Shown one piece after another: positions 24,986-39,050 of a stretch of 64,000 nucleotides of DNA. The stretch is from Oculina patagonica (lineage: Eukaryota), in NCBI RefSeq assembly GCF_052425735.1, contig NC_135770.1, positions 15,376,001-15,440,000 of the forward strand, written 5' to 3'. Each line of letters begins with the position of its first letter. Position 1 is the stretch's first letter. A model generated the notes under the pieces. That model was not told the DNA's origin. It saw nothing but the letters and a program-made list of their open reading frames with translations, and did no database searches. The position numbers were made by a program, and so were the translations under genes.

Positions 24986-26884
24986 CTGGGGATACCAGGG
25001 ATTTCAGGGAATGATATTTTTAATTACTCTTGCCCTGCTATCTCCGTCACGCTCGGACGAGTTGCGTGACGAGCATTTATCCGCCTTGAAGTGATGCAGA
25101 AAAGCGAAAACAAAAAGCACGGAAGAAGTCAGTTCAAGTTCCCATGCTGTTAAACGTTTTTTTTTTTAATTTTTCGCCTTCAGGAAAGGATTTTTAAAGA
25201 AACAAGTTGCTCTATGTCTGGCAGAAGAACTCTGTAATTTACTTCCGTGCAAATATTGTTTAATACCATTTTGTTTTATTTTTGACATATTTGATATTCG
25301 TCTCATTCGTTCGAAAAGGAAAATATCTCTCAACTAAAGTATGACTTCCTCTTTTGGTGAGAAAGTGAAAAACGTTCAAGGCGTTGACTTCCGCAAATTC
25401 GCAGGTAACACTAAATCAATTCTCCTCTTCCGGTCATTCATAGAATTTGTTCAGTCACACATCACGCCTAGTACAGGGGACGTGTCTTGTGACGCGTTTT
25501 TACTTCAATCGGATGTTAAAGTACCGTATGAATCCTGCGTATACCGCACAGTTGGCAATAGGACAGGAGGCCTGATATGCAAGGTAAGAAAGCGTTGAAC
25601 TGAAATTTGCTTTAACATGTTTTGTTAAATATCAGAGGCCTGCAAACTTTCGGAAGTATAAAACTGGTAAAACAATCTGCGGCAAATCGCATACAGCGGT
25701 GAGCTATGAAAACATTTTCAGACAGCGATTGTCGTGATGGTGGTGATCGAAGCCCTATCAAACAAAGAAACGAGGCTGCACTGTAAGGCAGTTGAAGCGG
25801 CCGTGCAACTGGGTTGTATTAAAGGTTTTGTCAAGCTGATTTTTCACGAATGCCACGGGCAGTTCCACTGTTCACAGTCTGCCTGTCACGCACATCGAGA
25901 TCGTGCTCTTTAATGCTTACTAACTGTTCTTCTTCGAATTCAATCATTTTGGGCAAGTGGTAAAATTTACTTTCAATTTGAAGTTTTCTTATCTTGTCAC
26001 AGGATCCAGAAGAGCTCAATTAGATCGTTTACTTCTTATTTTCGAAACCACCGGTTTCATTGCGTTACACAACGTATAAGCCGCAGACCAAAACACTGTG
26101 GGCTCACAAGTTCGGAAAAGCTGTTTTGGAGGGTCTGGACGTACAGAAGGCGGGGGGCGGGGCCGATTTGTCAGTTTTTGCATTTTGATTGGTCAGTTCA
26201 GGTGAAAGTGACCAAAAAGGTTCAAAAAATGTATCAAAACACTGTGAAACTTTGTCGGGTGGCATGGTACGGGCACGACAGTGCTGTCAACCTGGCTCGC
26301 AGTAGCAACGTAAACGACTTGGCAGCATAAACGTAACAGAATCAAGAAATCGAAGTATTTTCTTTCCCTATGTCGACGTTCAGTGCTTATATCATTATGT
26401 TCCTGATATGTTGCTATGTTATTCACTGGTGACCAGACAATAACTTTTTGAGTTTGCATGACCCTGCTGCTATGTCGCTAGTTGGAACAAGCTGACTTAC
26501 CTACAACGGGAACGTTTATATTTCCATAATACGTGAAATTGGTGAACGTCAGGCTCAGCATTCTGGCACTCAACACCAAGCAGTAAAATTTGGCAAGAAG
26601 ACAAGATACTTGCAGGCTCGTAAGATTATATTCATGAAACATTACCGTGTTTCGGTTTCCATGGAAAGAAGTAGGATTTATAAGTTTAGGTATTAACGTA
26701 AAATTTACGATATGTGTGTTCCCATATGCTGGTTTATAGATATTACAAGTCGGTCGTGTTATGATATCTTGTTTTTAGTTATACTAATATAATACATGTT
26801 TTAATACGTTTAATTGTCACGCGAAAGACCGCGCAAGGACAATGCCACCAGCTAGCCTATGTAACCATGTAAGGAGTTTTATGA

Positions 26885-27321
26885 GAGGGGAATTGGGGTC
26901 ATTAAGAAACCGAAAAACCGCACAAAAAAATCATGCAAAACCGAAAAACCGAAGTGAATTTCGATCGAAACCGAAAACCGAACAGGACATTCCAAATTCC
27001 GAAGCTCTAAAGGGAAGAAAGAAATTTTTTTAAAGAGTCTTGACATTTTTGTTCATTAACATGCAGGTTTTCTTTCTACCAGCATGATCTCAGAGAAACT
27101 GTTAACCAAATTGGAAAAGCCGGAAACCAGAGCAAATACCAAATCCAAACACCCGCTAGTATTTTTGCCAGAAACGGAAAACTATGTGCTCATAGAAGGA
27201 AAACCCGAAAACCGAAGAAGACACCAAAACCGAAAAACTGCGGCGGTTTCTTGTTGCGAAAACCGAAAAACCGATCTAAAAAATGGCCAAAACCGAGAAA
27301 CCAAAACCCAAAGTCCCCCTC
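26885..27321. mobile_element. MITE with GAGGGG termini and AACCGAAAAACCG internal repeats
   Basis: Ends GAGGGGAATTGGGGT / ACCCAAAGTCCCCCTC; imperfect 8-bp TSD TTTTATGA / TTTTATTA. Confidence 0.65.
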
Positions 27322-27372
27322 TTTTATTATTTAGTTGTCCTGACTCATCTTTTCATATCCGCAGTTAATGCA

Positions 27373-29143
27373 ATGGCTCCCACAGACGTTTCAGTTCAAG
27401 GGGATAGTGAAATAAATGAATGTCAAAGCTGTGATTGTTGCAATGTAATAACCAATCACTGTCGCCGCCTGTACCAAAACATTTCTGATGAGCGACCGCG
27501 TGTAACAGAAGAAGACGATGGTGCAAGATTCTGGAATGAGAGAGCAAAGTGCAGTCGATTCTCTCTGCTTTTCCCGTTTTTTACTGCTCTGTTATTTCTT
27601 GCCGATGTTGGTATGGATTGTGAAATAGCTGCAACGCATTACATCAGAGGAGACCATAGATGGGCTGCGTACACACTGGGTGTGATTGTGTTCTCACTGG
27701 TAATCACTGATTTATTGTCAGCCATATTTTATCTCGAGGATCAGAGAAATCCTGGAAAAACAGAGTGGCTCCGCAGAAACAGCTTAGAAATAAAACCTTG
27801 GTTCTATGCGTTCCATTTTATTTTTTGTGGTCGTCTTATAAGGTAAGATACAAAAATGTGTTTTAGTTGAATAATTAAAATAAAATTCAGAACAAGTTTT
27901 AAGATGTTTGGCAAACGTGCCAGGTTTTGACAAAAGTAATGTAGCAGCCTCTTCGGTAATTGAATATAGCGCTGGGTACCCTGTGGTTTTGAGGGTTGTT
28001 TGGTGACCTAGAGTTCTTCTTCGGACATGGATTGATCAAACTTGACATGATTTATCTTTTAGGTGCTTTCAGATCTTTAAGACTGTGCGTCTGATACGAG
28101 GAATTCAAAATCAACATCCAGATAATACCCAGCGGTATCGCCTGTATATCTCTCAGCTGCAAGACTTGAGTGTATTGGGTGTCGTGGAAGCGTTTACTGA
28201 AGAGGCGCCCCAGGTACGTGTCAGCGGTGGTCAGCAAATATGCATTAAGCAGGTTGGGTGGAAAGTAGCTTCCCAATTGACTCAGTCGTTTAGGGGCGAT
28301 CGTGTTTCACTCCTCCCTACGTTCTCCCCTAAACTGTGTGGGAGGCTAGTTGGAAAGTGAAAGTGAATTACTTTGTGTTAAGTTAGTTCCTAACCCCTCT
28401 TTTTTTGCTTTTTTTTCTGCCAGGTTGCTCTCCAGATGTATATTCTAATTCAGAAAGGTACAATGGACTGGACGTCCTTCGCGGATGTGTTTGTGGCAAT
28501 AAATATCATGAAGTCTTTGGTTCTGTTCGCGTTCAGTTTATTAAGCTTTTGCAGGTTCCTTCGCCTAGGAAATGAACATAGCAAGCTGTTGGAGCTCTTT
28601 AGCTTTGCTTCTTTCTTTCATTTCGCTTGGCGCTTTTTCATGCTCGTTGCTAGGATACTCGCTTTAGTCGTGTTCGCTTCTACTTTCAAGCACTGGGTTT
28701 TTGTAGTCGTTGGCATCCAGTTGTTGTTTTCGTACTTTCTATTACACAGCCAGCCAAATAATTATTTTGAGGAAGGATCATTAAGAGATATATTGCTCAG
28801 GTTTGCATTTACTTGCATCAACCTGTTTTGCTTTTTCCCTTTGGCGGGCGAACAAACACGGAAATGGGGATTCCCCTATTACCTGGTGATTTTCATTGAG
28901 AATTCCATTATGGTACTTCTATGGAATTTCTTCAGCGATTTTGACAAAGTGTTCAAAATTATTATTCTAGTAACAGAGTGGGGCACATTTCTGCTTGGTC
29001 TTGTATCGGTTTCTCTGTATTATGGCGTTTTTCATCCTTCCTTAAAAGATCGTAACAATGAACTAACAATTGATGGCGTCACTCCACAACAAAACAATGA
29101 CGATGAGTACAATGATAATATGCAGTTTGAGAGTAACGTTTAG
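27373..29143 (+). CDS. XK-related protein, paralog B; exons 27373-27842, 28063-28213, 28424-29143
   Basis: Same exon phases and the same 151-nt middle exon length as paralog A. Motifs VEAFTEEAPQVALQMY, WRFFMLVARILALVVFAS, YYGVFHPS. Acceptor at 27364; in-frame gcaATGg at 27373. Confidence 0.93.
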
Positions 29144-30583
29144 AGTTTAACTCTAGTAGGTAGCACGCAGTAGAACCTCTGACCGAATGGACAGACCAAG
29201 GTGTCAGAATTAGCCAAGGTGTAATTATTTGATCATAGGCATGACGCCATTTCGAAAGACCAATGAGATGTCATAATGAGTAGATGGCGGAAGTGACCAG
29301 ACACCTGCCTTGTCCCCAGGCGCTTTTGCGTTTTGTCGGTGAAAAAGAAACAGGAGCCGGCGCTTGAGTATGGGGGGTGCAATGGTCTCACTTCACTCCT
29401 AGAATTCCCTCAATCCTCCTACTACCCTGTTACCCTTTTTACGCCAAATGATGTGTATCTCAAACAGTAAAGTATATATGTAAGACAAATATCAAGATGA
29501 AAATATGTAAAATAAAGATCGGAATCTACACTGTGTGATTTCGTGTCCATGCACTGAATAAGAACAAAATTTTTGTCCACAATAAAGAGGCAGAATTTAT
29601 CTGCACCTGAGTTATAGTGTTTGTTGTTCGCGTTATCGGGGTGTCCGCATTTATGGAGGTTCTTATCGGGCCCTTGCCGGAATCAACTGAACTGTCCATT
29701 GCCCAAACCTTTATCTGGCCGTTTTGAAATCCATCGGCTGATCTAGTGAGGTAAGGGCTTGAACAACCTCGGTGAAAAAATGAGACCTAAAGGACGTCAA
29801 GCCGGGTTGCTGTCTTTTTACCGGCCTTCTATATGGGTTTGGATTCACCATTTTTATCTCGAAAAATGATTTTTTTAATATCCGCCTTCCTCCTCAGTTG
29901 TAACCATTGAATTTCTGCAAGGGACAATGCAAAGGTACAGGATCCTGGTGGATCTAGTCAGCAAATTGTAGAGAATAAGCAACTAATAAAAGTAAGACTG
30001 TACGGCGTGATGACTTTAATTTCCAATATTTCGTCAGGCACGGTCTGACTTCCTCAGGGAATGATCCATGATCGATCTTCACTGAAAAAAATTACTTGCA
30101 TAGAACGTTAAAATCGTTGACATGTGTTTGGCTTATCGATAAGGTACGCCTCCCAGCTAGCTTTGCGTATAACGGGGTCTATAACAAATATGTCACGAAA
30201 AAATAGAAATAGAATCAAAATAGAGCTTGAGAAGAAGTTTTGGGGTGCAGGGCCCTCCCCTCCCGCGGTCCTTTGCTCTATACTAACCACGATCCAAAGC
30301 TGTAGACGAGTAGCTTAAAACCACATGGGCCTGAGATGCAGTGGTAATTTGAGTTACCCCGGTAATTGGAAATAATTACTGGCGTGAAGTAGAAAACCAT
30401 CTTCGTGTTGTTCGTGACTTTCATGTGACTCTATCGTGACAGGTCACGCCATAATACCCATGGTTCCACAAGTTCGTGTCCAGGTCCAATATCATTTCTC
30501 TCGGCTAGTTGGTTCGTGTAGCGTGGCACGTTTTATTCCTTAGCTATCTCTTTGCATTTCTCTCGGACGTAATTTTCAGAACC

Positions 30584-33500
30584 ATGGTAAGTATTCAGTC
30601 ATTTTAGTATTTTATGCACAAATTTCCATCTAAAAATTTAATTTACTGAATTTAAACGGGTTATCGTTTGTGCGTGATGGTAGTATGAGTTGGCCTTAGC
30701 TTAATTTTGCAATTCCATCGCATTTGAGAAATCGACGATTACGTGTTCCGAGCAAATTGGTGTTCCTAGTCTTCCAAAAAACTATTCGACTAAAAATCAT
30801 ATAGAAATAAAGGCCTATTTAAAATCCTTCCTAAATCACGCTTTCCGTAGTAAGCAAGCTTGCACTGGGATCTACGGCAGGCACATCGAAGATTTAGCTA
30901 GACCTGTCAAAAACACACCCATTACGTATACTGCAACAAACTTAATATCGGTTCAATTCGTGCATCGCCAGTCTGTATGCTTTGTGTAGTAACGATTGTG
31001 GTTTAAGATTCTTCCAGTATCTGATTCAAAAATGGACAAATATAAATGTACAGTACAGGTTTACGGACAAGGGGGCTGAAACCATTTTGTGTCCCACCCC
31101 CTGGGGCAGCAGTGATATGAGAGATCTCTTCCACTCAGTGGTAAAGGTCAAAGTTCCTTCTAAAAAAATAGTTAACAATTATTCCACGAGCACGCTTTGG
31201 ATATGAGATGGTAGGTAGCCAACTAGGGGTGTAGCGCCGAGCCACACTTTTATAACAATCTCATATCCAACAAGTGCGAGTGAAATGTTTTATTAAAAAC
31301 GCCCAAAGAATTGCAATATTTGAGCTCCCTGGCAGTTTTTGTTGATGTGCTTTGGCTACCATATTTGTGCTCAATACCATTGCCTGTTAACCAATCAAAA
31401 CACAGGAAATGCAATATACCATTGCTAGTTTTTAATAATCGTTTTTATTCATGGTTAGTTAGATATCTTAACAAAAAAGAGTGGAGAAGGTAAAAAATAG
31501 ATTATTTTCAATGTTTCAGCCTCCCCTGTTGTGTTCTTAGGCAAGACACTGCTCATTCAAAATACTGGGTTTAGCAAGAAATAAACTACTGGTCACTTTT
31601 TATTCCTGATCAGTGTGGTATTGGATTTTGTAGGCAGAACCATTGCGTGTTTGTATCACCGGCGCTGCTGGGCAGATTGCATACTCACTTCTCTATTCCG
31701 TTTGCAAAGGCGATGTGTTTGGAACTAATCAGGTATACCACAATTTTATGACTTCCAGTTATTGTTATTATTCTTCAACCCAAAAGTACAGTATAAAAAT
31801 AATTAAATAAAATAATTTTTCCCTCATTCAAGAGGTGTCTGAAATTGTCCTTAAAAAATTCTTTATTTTTTATATTGGTCTATGTGTCTCACAGAGATCT
31901 GTGCTGCTCAGTTGTGAAGACTTGTTTGCAATTAACAATCAATGCAACACACTTCATTGATGTTTGTAGGGCTAAATCTTTAGTAAATAAATGAAATTTT
32001 TATGTCTCTCTTGTGCTAAAAGAGCCGGGGGGACATGGGGATTTGTGGTGTTGCTTACTTTTTTATGCAGTGTTGCGATGAATAAAATACCATTTTTTTC
32101 TAAATCCCAAATTGATCAGGAATCTGAGTGCTACATGTTAGGCAGTACTGTGCAGTTGTGAAGTGCAATCCCAGTAAAATGATATAAATTGTTGTTCCTT
32201 CAAAATATTTTTTCATTTCTGATTGATAAACAGTCCTGGCTAATTCCTGCTAAGTGGCTAGCACTGGCCAAATATGGAAGACGTTTCTATTATTGGAAGA
32301 TTGACGTCATTTAACAGCAACTTTTGCTAGAAAGCGCAAAAATAACCGTAAGATTTGAAGGGTGTCATCCACTGAAGCCAAAGGCTGAGGCGGATATGAT
32401 ACTGATATGGAAAGGATATACTGATATGAAAGCGTGAGCTTAATTTATTGACTAAATTTTTTTACTGGTGACCAAACTTGAGCAGTCGGTGGCCAAATGG
32501 CCACTAAGGAAAAAAATAAACTTGGAGGGTTGAAACTAGTTAGCAAGTACTTTAGGAAAAAACTGCATTTCTTCCTCACTAAAACAGCTGTTGCCATTTG
32601 TTGTTATCAGCCACTGACCCTGATGTTGCTGGATATTCAGCCTATGATGAGTGTCTTGGAAGGCGTTGTGATGGAGTTGCAGGACTGTGCCTTTCCTTTG
32701 TTGCAAGGTAACTTGATCAAAAGCATGCAAACATAAAAGAGGTTTGATGGTTTGATGTAAAAGAACAAATCCTATTTTTCTGCCAATTTCACATCTCCAA
32801 ATCATCTACAGTGGTGGATCTAGGGAGGGGCCCGTGGGGCTCACCTTATTTTCAGGCCAAACAAAGGCTTGTGCGGCTGAGAAAAATTATTTTATTCTTG
32901 GAGTCTGGATGATCGAGCCCCCCACATACCTGAAGGTCTGGATCTGCTAATGATCAGTGAACCACTTCCATCTTCATTTCTTTTTTTATTGCTTGAATGT
33001 TGGCAACATGACACAAAGATATTTCCTTTTTAAATTTCCTATCATTAGATTATAATATGAGGCTCAGTTCCATGACCATATGTAAAGAGCTAGAACAATC
33101 CATATACAACTGATCAATCTGAAAAGTGTGAAAACACACATTTGTGTTTCAGTATGTTACTCTGCCTTACATTCACTAAAAGATAAGATGAGATGAGATC
33201 ATTTATTTACCCTTGGAGCTGATGGGAGATAAGTAGGCCCCAGGGGGGTCCCCTAGGGGAAACACAGTGGCCTAATGGTTAGCACACTGGACCCAGAGTC
33301 AAACAGCCTGGTTTCTAGCCCTGGCCAGGGTTGTTGTGTTGTGTTCTTGGGAACGACACTTAACTTTCATAGTCCCTCTAGCCTCCACCCAGGTCTATAA
33401 ATGGGTACTGGGGAATTTACTGCTGAGGGTAATCCTGCGATAGACTAGCATCCCATCCAAGGGGAGTAGAAATACTCCTAGTCGCTTCATGCTATGGAAA

Positions 33501-36500
33501 CCAGAATAAGCTCAGTAGGCTGGTATGCAGACTGTACCTTGTTACCAAGAAGAAATAAAAGTAATAAATGGTATGCATGGGGCAGTAGCTTTTTGATTGC
33601 ATCACTGAAATTTTATTACTACTTTCAATAGGTCATTACTGGTACTTTTGAAACTTTGCATTTTTATATTATATGCACAGTACAATCAACTCTCTGTTAA
33701 CAGGAACACACTCTTGTCTGTCCCCTCTGGAAATCCCAGATCTGAACCCCCACACCCTCGGAATTCCAATTGTAAGTATCCCCCATGCCTTCAGAATTCC
33801 AGTACAAAGACTCCCCCCCCCCCCCTGGGAATTCCAAAAAAGCTGTCTGTGGTATTGGTATGGAAATTTTCTGGAATTGCTTAAAGTGCCTATGAAGTAA
33901 AAAAATTTTTGGCTCTTTTTGGTAGCTTATTATGTCCTCTTTCCGAAAAGCTAAAAAAAAGGATAATGTCAAAGAGAGAGAAATCAGACTTTTTGCCACC
34001 TTTAGTGCCTTCTGTAAGGCAAAACAGTGGGTCTGGAGACGAAACAAATTTGGCTCGGATGACGTAGTTAGTGGTTCCACGGATCAGTTTACACTTAGAT
34101 TTTGTTGATACAGAGTGAAGTTCACTACTTCAGCTGAGATTGTTGCTGCTTTTTCGTTGATAAATCAAAATCATGTCCCAAAAGAACGATATGTTGCCAT
34201 CTGCGGACTTGGCAGAGTGTGTTTCAAGCAGAAAGGAATCGCACAACAAAATATCCTGACACTAAATAGACCAAAGTAGTTAGTTGGACCTGTCCAACTG
34301 CAAGCCAATCGAGCGCTCTTTCACACAAGCGCTGGTCGACGAGGACGTTCGAAGTTCGGCGAAGCAGATTCAAATTCCCTATAAAAATGAATAACTAGAA
34401 TTGTTATTTTTTCCAAAAGCACATACATCGACGGGCTTCGATTTTTGAGACGGTTTCGCAGTTTCGCAATGTGCTTCGGAATTGACACAACTGTTGACAC
34501 AAGCGCTGTTTCCTGGGGTTGCTTGCTTGCCGATTGCTTGTGTGAATTCAGGTTACGGTACGCCTATCCCGGTGGTTATTCGTTATTATATCACGATTTG
34601 GTGATTTTAATACAAGTAGAGATCAGTTGCTTGCTTTCATTTTGATGCTATACTTGTGTGGGAAGGTACAGTGGACTGAGATATTTTTCCGAAGCGTGAG
34701 AGCATTGAGAGTATAAACTGAGTGACATAATAAAACATGACAACACGGCAAGATAACACTTCTTCAAACCCAAAATTAGCACTTCTAGACTTAAACGAAA
34801 CCAAAAATTTCTTCTTCAAGGAATAAACAGAACTGCAGTTGTTTCTATTTATGGTACGTTAGCCCTATGGTATATTTTCAACCGTCTTTTAATATCCGGA
34901 TATGATAAAATCCTGATTACAATGCATGTTTATCGGCTAATAATTTGCTTAGGCAGCCGTAAAATTTGTCCAAGATTTTGCGAGATCCCAGTGTATTGTT
35001 TAAAAGTGCATTCGTCAATATTAGAATACTACCGGTAATTTAAATAGATCCAGCAGATCGAAGCAGTTGTGAATGACAACATTCGAAGCGCGCCACTTGG
35101 AATCAAACAAGCCTTTCTAACTCACTCAAGTCGAATTTACATTCCATATTTTTGCTTCTTTCCTAGCCTGTGTACAGCCGTCCCGCTCCGCTCAAAAAAA
35201 TCGCGGAGAGGGACGGCTGTACACAGGCTACTTCTTTCCCAGATGTTCTCGTTCACGTCTGGTGATTGTTCGTTTCGAGTTTTGGAAAAGGAAACGACTG
35301 CTACCTTACGGATGATAAAACGATCTTACTACTAACCATACATATTAAATTTTGAGGAACGAAGTCTCATAATAAAAGAATAACGCGTATACTGTACCCA
35401 GCTGTGTAACATATTGTACACTCCTGGCACGACTGCTAGATCTTTCTTTCGGCTAGTCAGAGCAGAATAATAATTATAGAGACCGCCATATCCTTTACAG
35501 AGATAATTCCTTTAATAAATTTCCTCTTCATTTCATGACTTTACCGTTTCATTTGTGGCAAGGAAGAGCTTGTGCCGAGAGCAGCGAACCTTGAGCTACC
35601 GACAGAACAGAATTGGTTTCTTCTTGTGTTTTCATTAGAGCGAATAGCTTTACGATACACACGGAAATTTTGCTTCCATTTACGCCGCGAAGCTTCACCA
35701 AAGAAAATAAGTGTATTTGTTGCAGTTTCTTTTGCACAATTGCCTTTGTTTGACTCAAAAGCCGAAAAATAGCTTTTGCCAGCCCCCTTTGCTCTCTTTA
35801 CGCCATAATCCTGGTGTCTTTAGAACCACTAAGTACGTCATTTCGTCATTTCCGTCATTTCCGAGCCTTTGGCTGCACGCTAAAAGGACCCACTTCGAAT
35901 TGCGAAATCCATACTTCAAGGCTCATAAAATACTAGAAAAAAGCGCTTTTGATCTCTTAAACATGCATATTCATGCTTACTAAGACATAAACAAGCAAAT
36001 TGAGCGAAATTATTTTTTACTTCATAGGCACTTTAATGTATCGCTGAACAAGTGAGCTAACACATACTGTTACCGGTACTATTTTTTCTCTCAGGGATTG
36101 TTTCATCTGCTGACCCAAAGGTGGCATTCAAAGATATTGATGTAGCCATATTGGTCGGTGCCATGCCACGCAAGCAAGGAATGGAGAGGAAGGACCTTCT
36201 GAAAGCTAATGCCAAGATCTTTGTTGAGCAGGGGAAAGCTCTGGATGAAGTTGCCAAGAAGACTGTCAAGGTAGGGTGTGTCACAGTAATAATTTTAGTG
36301 AATTGTGCATTTTTTTGATTCTTTCAGAGGGCCACACAAGAATTGAGTCAGGTCAGTACATCATTTTTGCACAAAAAGGACATTTTTGGTCAAGTTTTCT
36401 TTTGATTTTAAGAGGAAGACAAACTTGAAGGTTTTTTGTGTGTGTATTTCTGAGCATTAGTTAATGCCATCATACTTGTTAAGGAATGCATTGTACAACT

Positions 36501-39050
36501 CTTTCCCACTCTATGAGCTGATTATTTAAAACATCTCCTGACATAAAAAGTGATAAGGTCACAACTGGTGTCGTGCTGTTCAAGGCCAGTTTTGGCCAGT
36601 TTAGGAGACAATGGGTTAAACACAGTTTTTACATGTAGTTAATTAAAAAAATGTTCATGTTTGAATGTTGCAGATTTTGGTAGTTGGTAATCCAGCAAAC
36701 ACAAACTGTATGGTTGCAAAGATGAATGCGCCTTCCATCCCAGCGAGAAACTTTTCTTGTTTGACACGGTTGGATATGAACAGAGCCAAGGCGCAGGTAA
36801 ATAATCATTTACACCTGGTAATAGACTTGGTAATATTTCTTCATAGATACGGTGTAACAGCTTTTTAGGTGTAGAAGTTGGTTTCCATATTACATTTTCA
36901 TGATCATTCTCAAATAAAGGGAGTTATGGTGAAATCAAGAAAATAAAGTACTCCAATCTCTCTGGGTGACCACCTCTTGTAGGTGATAATTTTCTAAAAA
37001 TGCTAAATTTTTATGGCTTGTCAAATCACTATAATTGGAACCTTAAGTGTTATAACCTCTTGTAGAAAGTTGCAACTATTTTTAGGGCCAAGGTTTTGAA
37101 TTTTCTATTGTATTAGGATGCCTTAAAACCATGACAGGATGATAAAGTTTGTTTATTCTTACATTAGCACTTTCATCTTTTTATGTGATGTTTGTGAGCA
37201 ATTGTTGGTTCATCATGACACTGCTAGTATTGAAACTTGAAATAACTTAGATTTGTTATTAAATTAAGCATTTTGGGTTAACAGATGCTTTTGAGTATGG
37301 ATTAAGCCAGTAGCCAAGGTCAAATAACTGCAGGCTATAGCTCAAAATTAAAATCACTTTTGTCTGACTTCTCATAACCCACCGCCTACATGTACGTTTG
37401 ACATTTTGGGTGTCGGCTTATGATAGGTTTGACGATAACTATTAACGTTTAACAGCTGTTTTTGTGCATCAATCAATGCAGATTGCTGGCAGAGTTGGCG
37501 TCCGAGTGGAACAAGTGAAGAATGTCATCATTTGGGGAAACCACTCATCTACTCAGTACCCAGATGTCAATCATGGCACAGTTGACATGCCCGATGGGAG
37601 TGTGCCCATTAGACAGGCTGTCAAAGACGATGATTGGTTGAATGGAAGTTTTGTCACGGTATTTTACTGTTCAGCTTTTTGTTGGTGAAATAACTTTTAC
37701 ATGCACACACTGTAACCTTGAATGAAGCAGTGTTTATTGTATTTTTACATTAACGTATATTAGTTTTTCTGTCTTGCTCACTGACTGTGGAGCAGACAGT
37801 TGACAAGTCTTTATTCTTGGGGACATTATCTTGATTTATTACAAAAATTGTGTGGTTAAATTATTGTTTGGATGGGACAAGAATCGAATCCAGGGAGAGT
37901 CTCAATAATCCAGCCTTCAATATTCAGACCAGATTTAACCATGATATGACTCAGTGCCATCTCCTGTGATTATTTGCGAGTCGTTTGCATGCAAATCTTA
38001 AACTTTGATCTTGTACTCTTTCACACACAACTTTCTCATTGTTGTCCTGACACTGAGGACATCACTGTCATCCTGGTGAGTGATGAGGGGGGCACTGTAT
38101 CACATGTCGGATGGAGGGCGGGAAGAACGGCGGCCAGAAAAGGCAGAACACAGGGCGATGGCTAACAAAACTGGCTTTAATTACAAGTCAATAAGTGTTG
38201 TTAGTTTTATACTACTGGAAGTAGTTAAACAGATGTTTTCCTCCGTATCTAGACTGTTCAAAAGCGTGGTGCTGCCATCATTGCTGCTCGTAAGTTGTCC
38301 AGTGCCATGTCTGCTGCTAAAGCAATCTGTGATCACATGAGAGACTGGTGGTTTGGTACTCCTGAGGTAAGGGGCTCTACACTCTAACCACACCAGTTAT
38401 CCCCCTACCCCCTTATAAACTAACAGGACCTAAGTTTATATGTAGAATTCATTCACTGTTCAAAACAGAAATCTCTTGTTGTTAGTAAGCTTTTTTTAAG
38501 GTCTTTGTAACTGTTATTTGGAAAGAAATATCGACGCTAGAACATGACGTTTCGGCGTCATTCTGTCCTTATGGCAAATGTAAATTATTATAAAGTAGTA
38601 AGGTCAGAATATAGCAGTTTGAATGTCAAAACATGAAACTGTTTTCTCTGCATTTTTCAGGGAGGGGGCAGTACTCTCCCCATTCTCCTTGCAGCTCAGA
38701 AAACCTTGAGTAGACCATTACTGAGACTGCCTATATAGGCTATTTTAACATGATTACTTTGGTCTTTGATTTACAACATTAGAAGACTGCTTTATAATCC
38801 AATTTATTATTGAATCAGCTGTTTCGATGTGTGTCTGTAGGGTGCGATGGTGTCCATGGGCGTGGTCTCTGATGGGAATTCCTATGGTGTGCCAGAAGGC
38901 ATTGTGTACTCGTACCCAATGACCATTAAAAACAAGGAATGGAACATAGTGCAGGGTCTGACCATTGATGACTTCTCGCGTGAGAAAATGGATGCTACCG
39001 CCAAGGAGCTCTTGGAGGAGAAAGAAAGTTGCCAATCATTCCTTGAATGA
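30584..39050 (+). CDS. MDH1: Malate dehydrogenase, cytoplasmic (332 aa); exons 30584-30586, 31634-31732, 32611-32707, 36095-36270, 36674-36796, 37482-37658, 38253-38366, 38841-39050
   Basis: Motifs [84 protein letters not shown]. All introns GT-AG; exon lengths sum to 999 nt. Confidence 0.98.
33258..33540 (+). mobile_element. tRNA-derived SINE, diverged, in MDH1 intron 3
   Basis: Homologous to 45488-45786 (gtggcctaatggttagc..ccacccagg..taaatgggtac..atactcctagtcgct). Confidence 0.85.
33885..36032. mobile_element. Kolobok-like non-autonomous DNA transposon (2148 bp) in MDH1 intron 3
   Basis: 20-bp TIR AGTGCCTATGAAGTAAAAAA; TTAA on both sides (33881-33884, 36033-36036); purine-purine terminus, unlike piggyBac; no long ORF. 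Confidence 0.85.
35164..35230. mobile_element. 67-bp TAG..CTA mini-element with 9-bp TSD
   Basis: TIR TAGCCTGTGTACAGCCGTCCC; TSD CTTCTTTCC (35155-35163, 35231-35239). Confidence 0.85.

Noticed and set aside
27283-27372. N-terminal extension MAKTEKPKPK.. of the XKR-B ORF
   Set aside because: It starts inside a MITE and crosses the splice acceptor at 27364.
38041-38170. CTGAGGA plus stem, and a GTGATGA box, in MDH1 intron 6 as hammerhead or C/D snoRNA
   Set aside because: No GAAA after stem II and no downstream D box or terminal stem.
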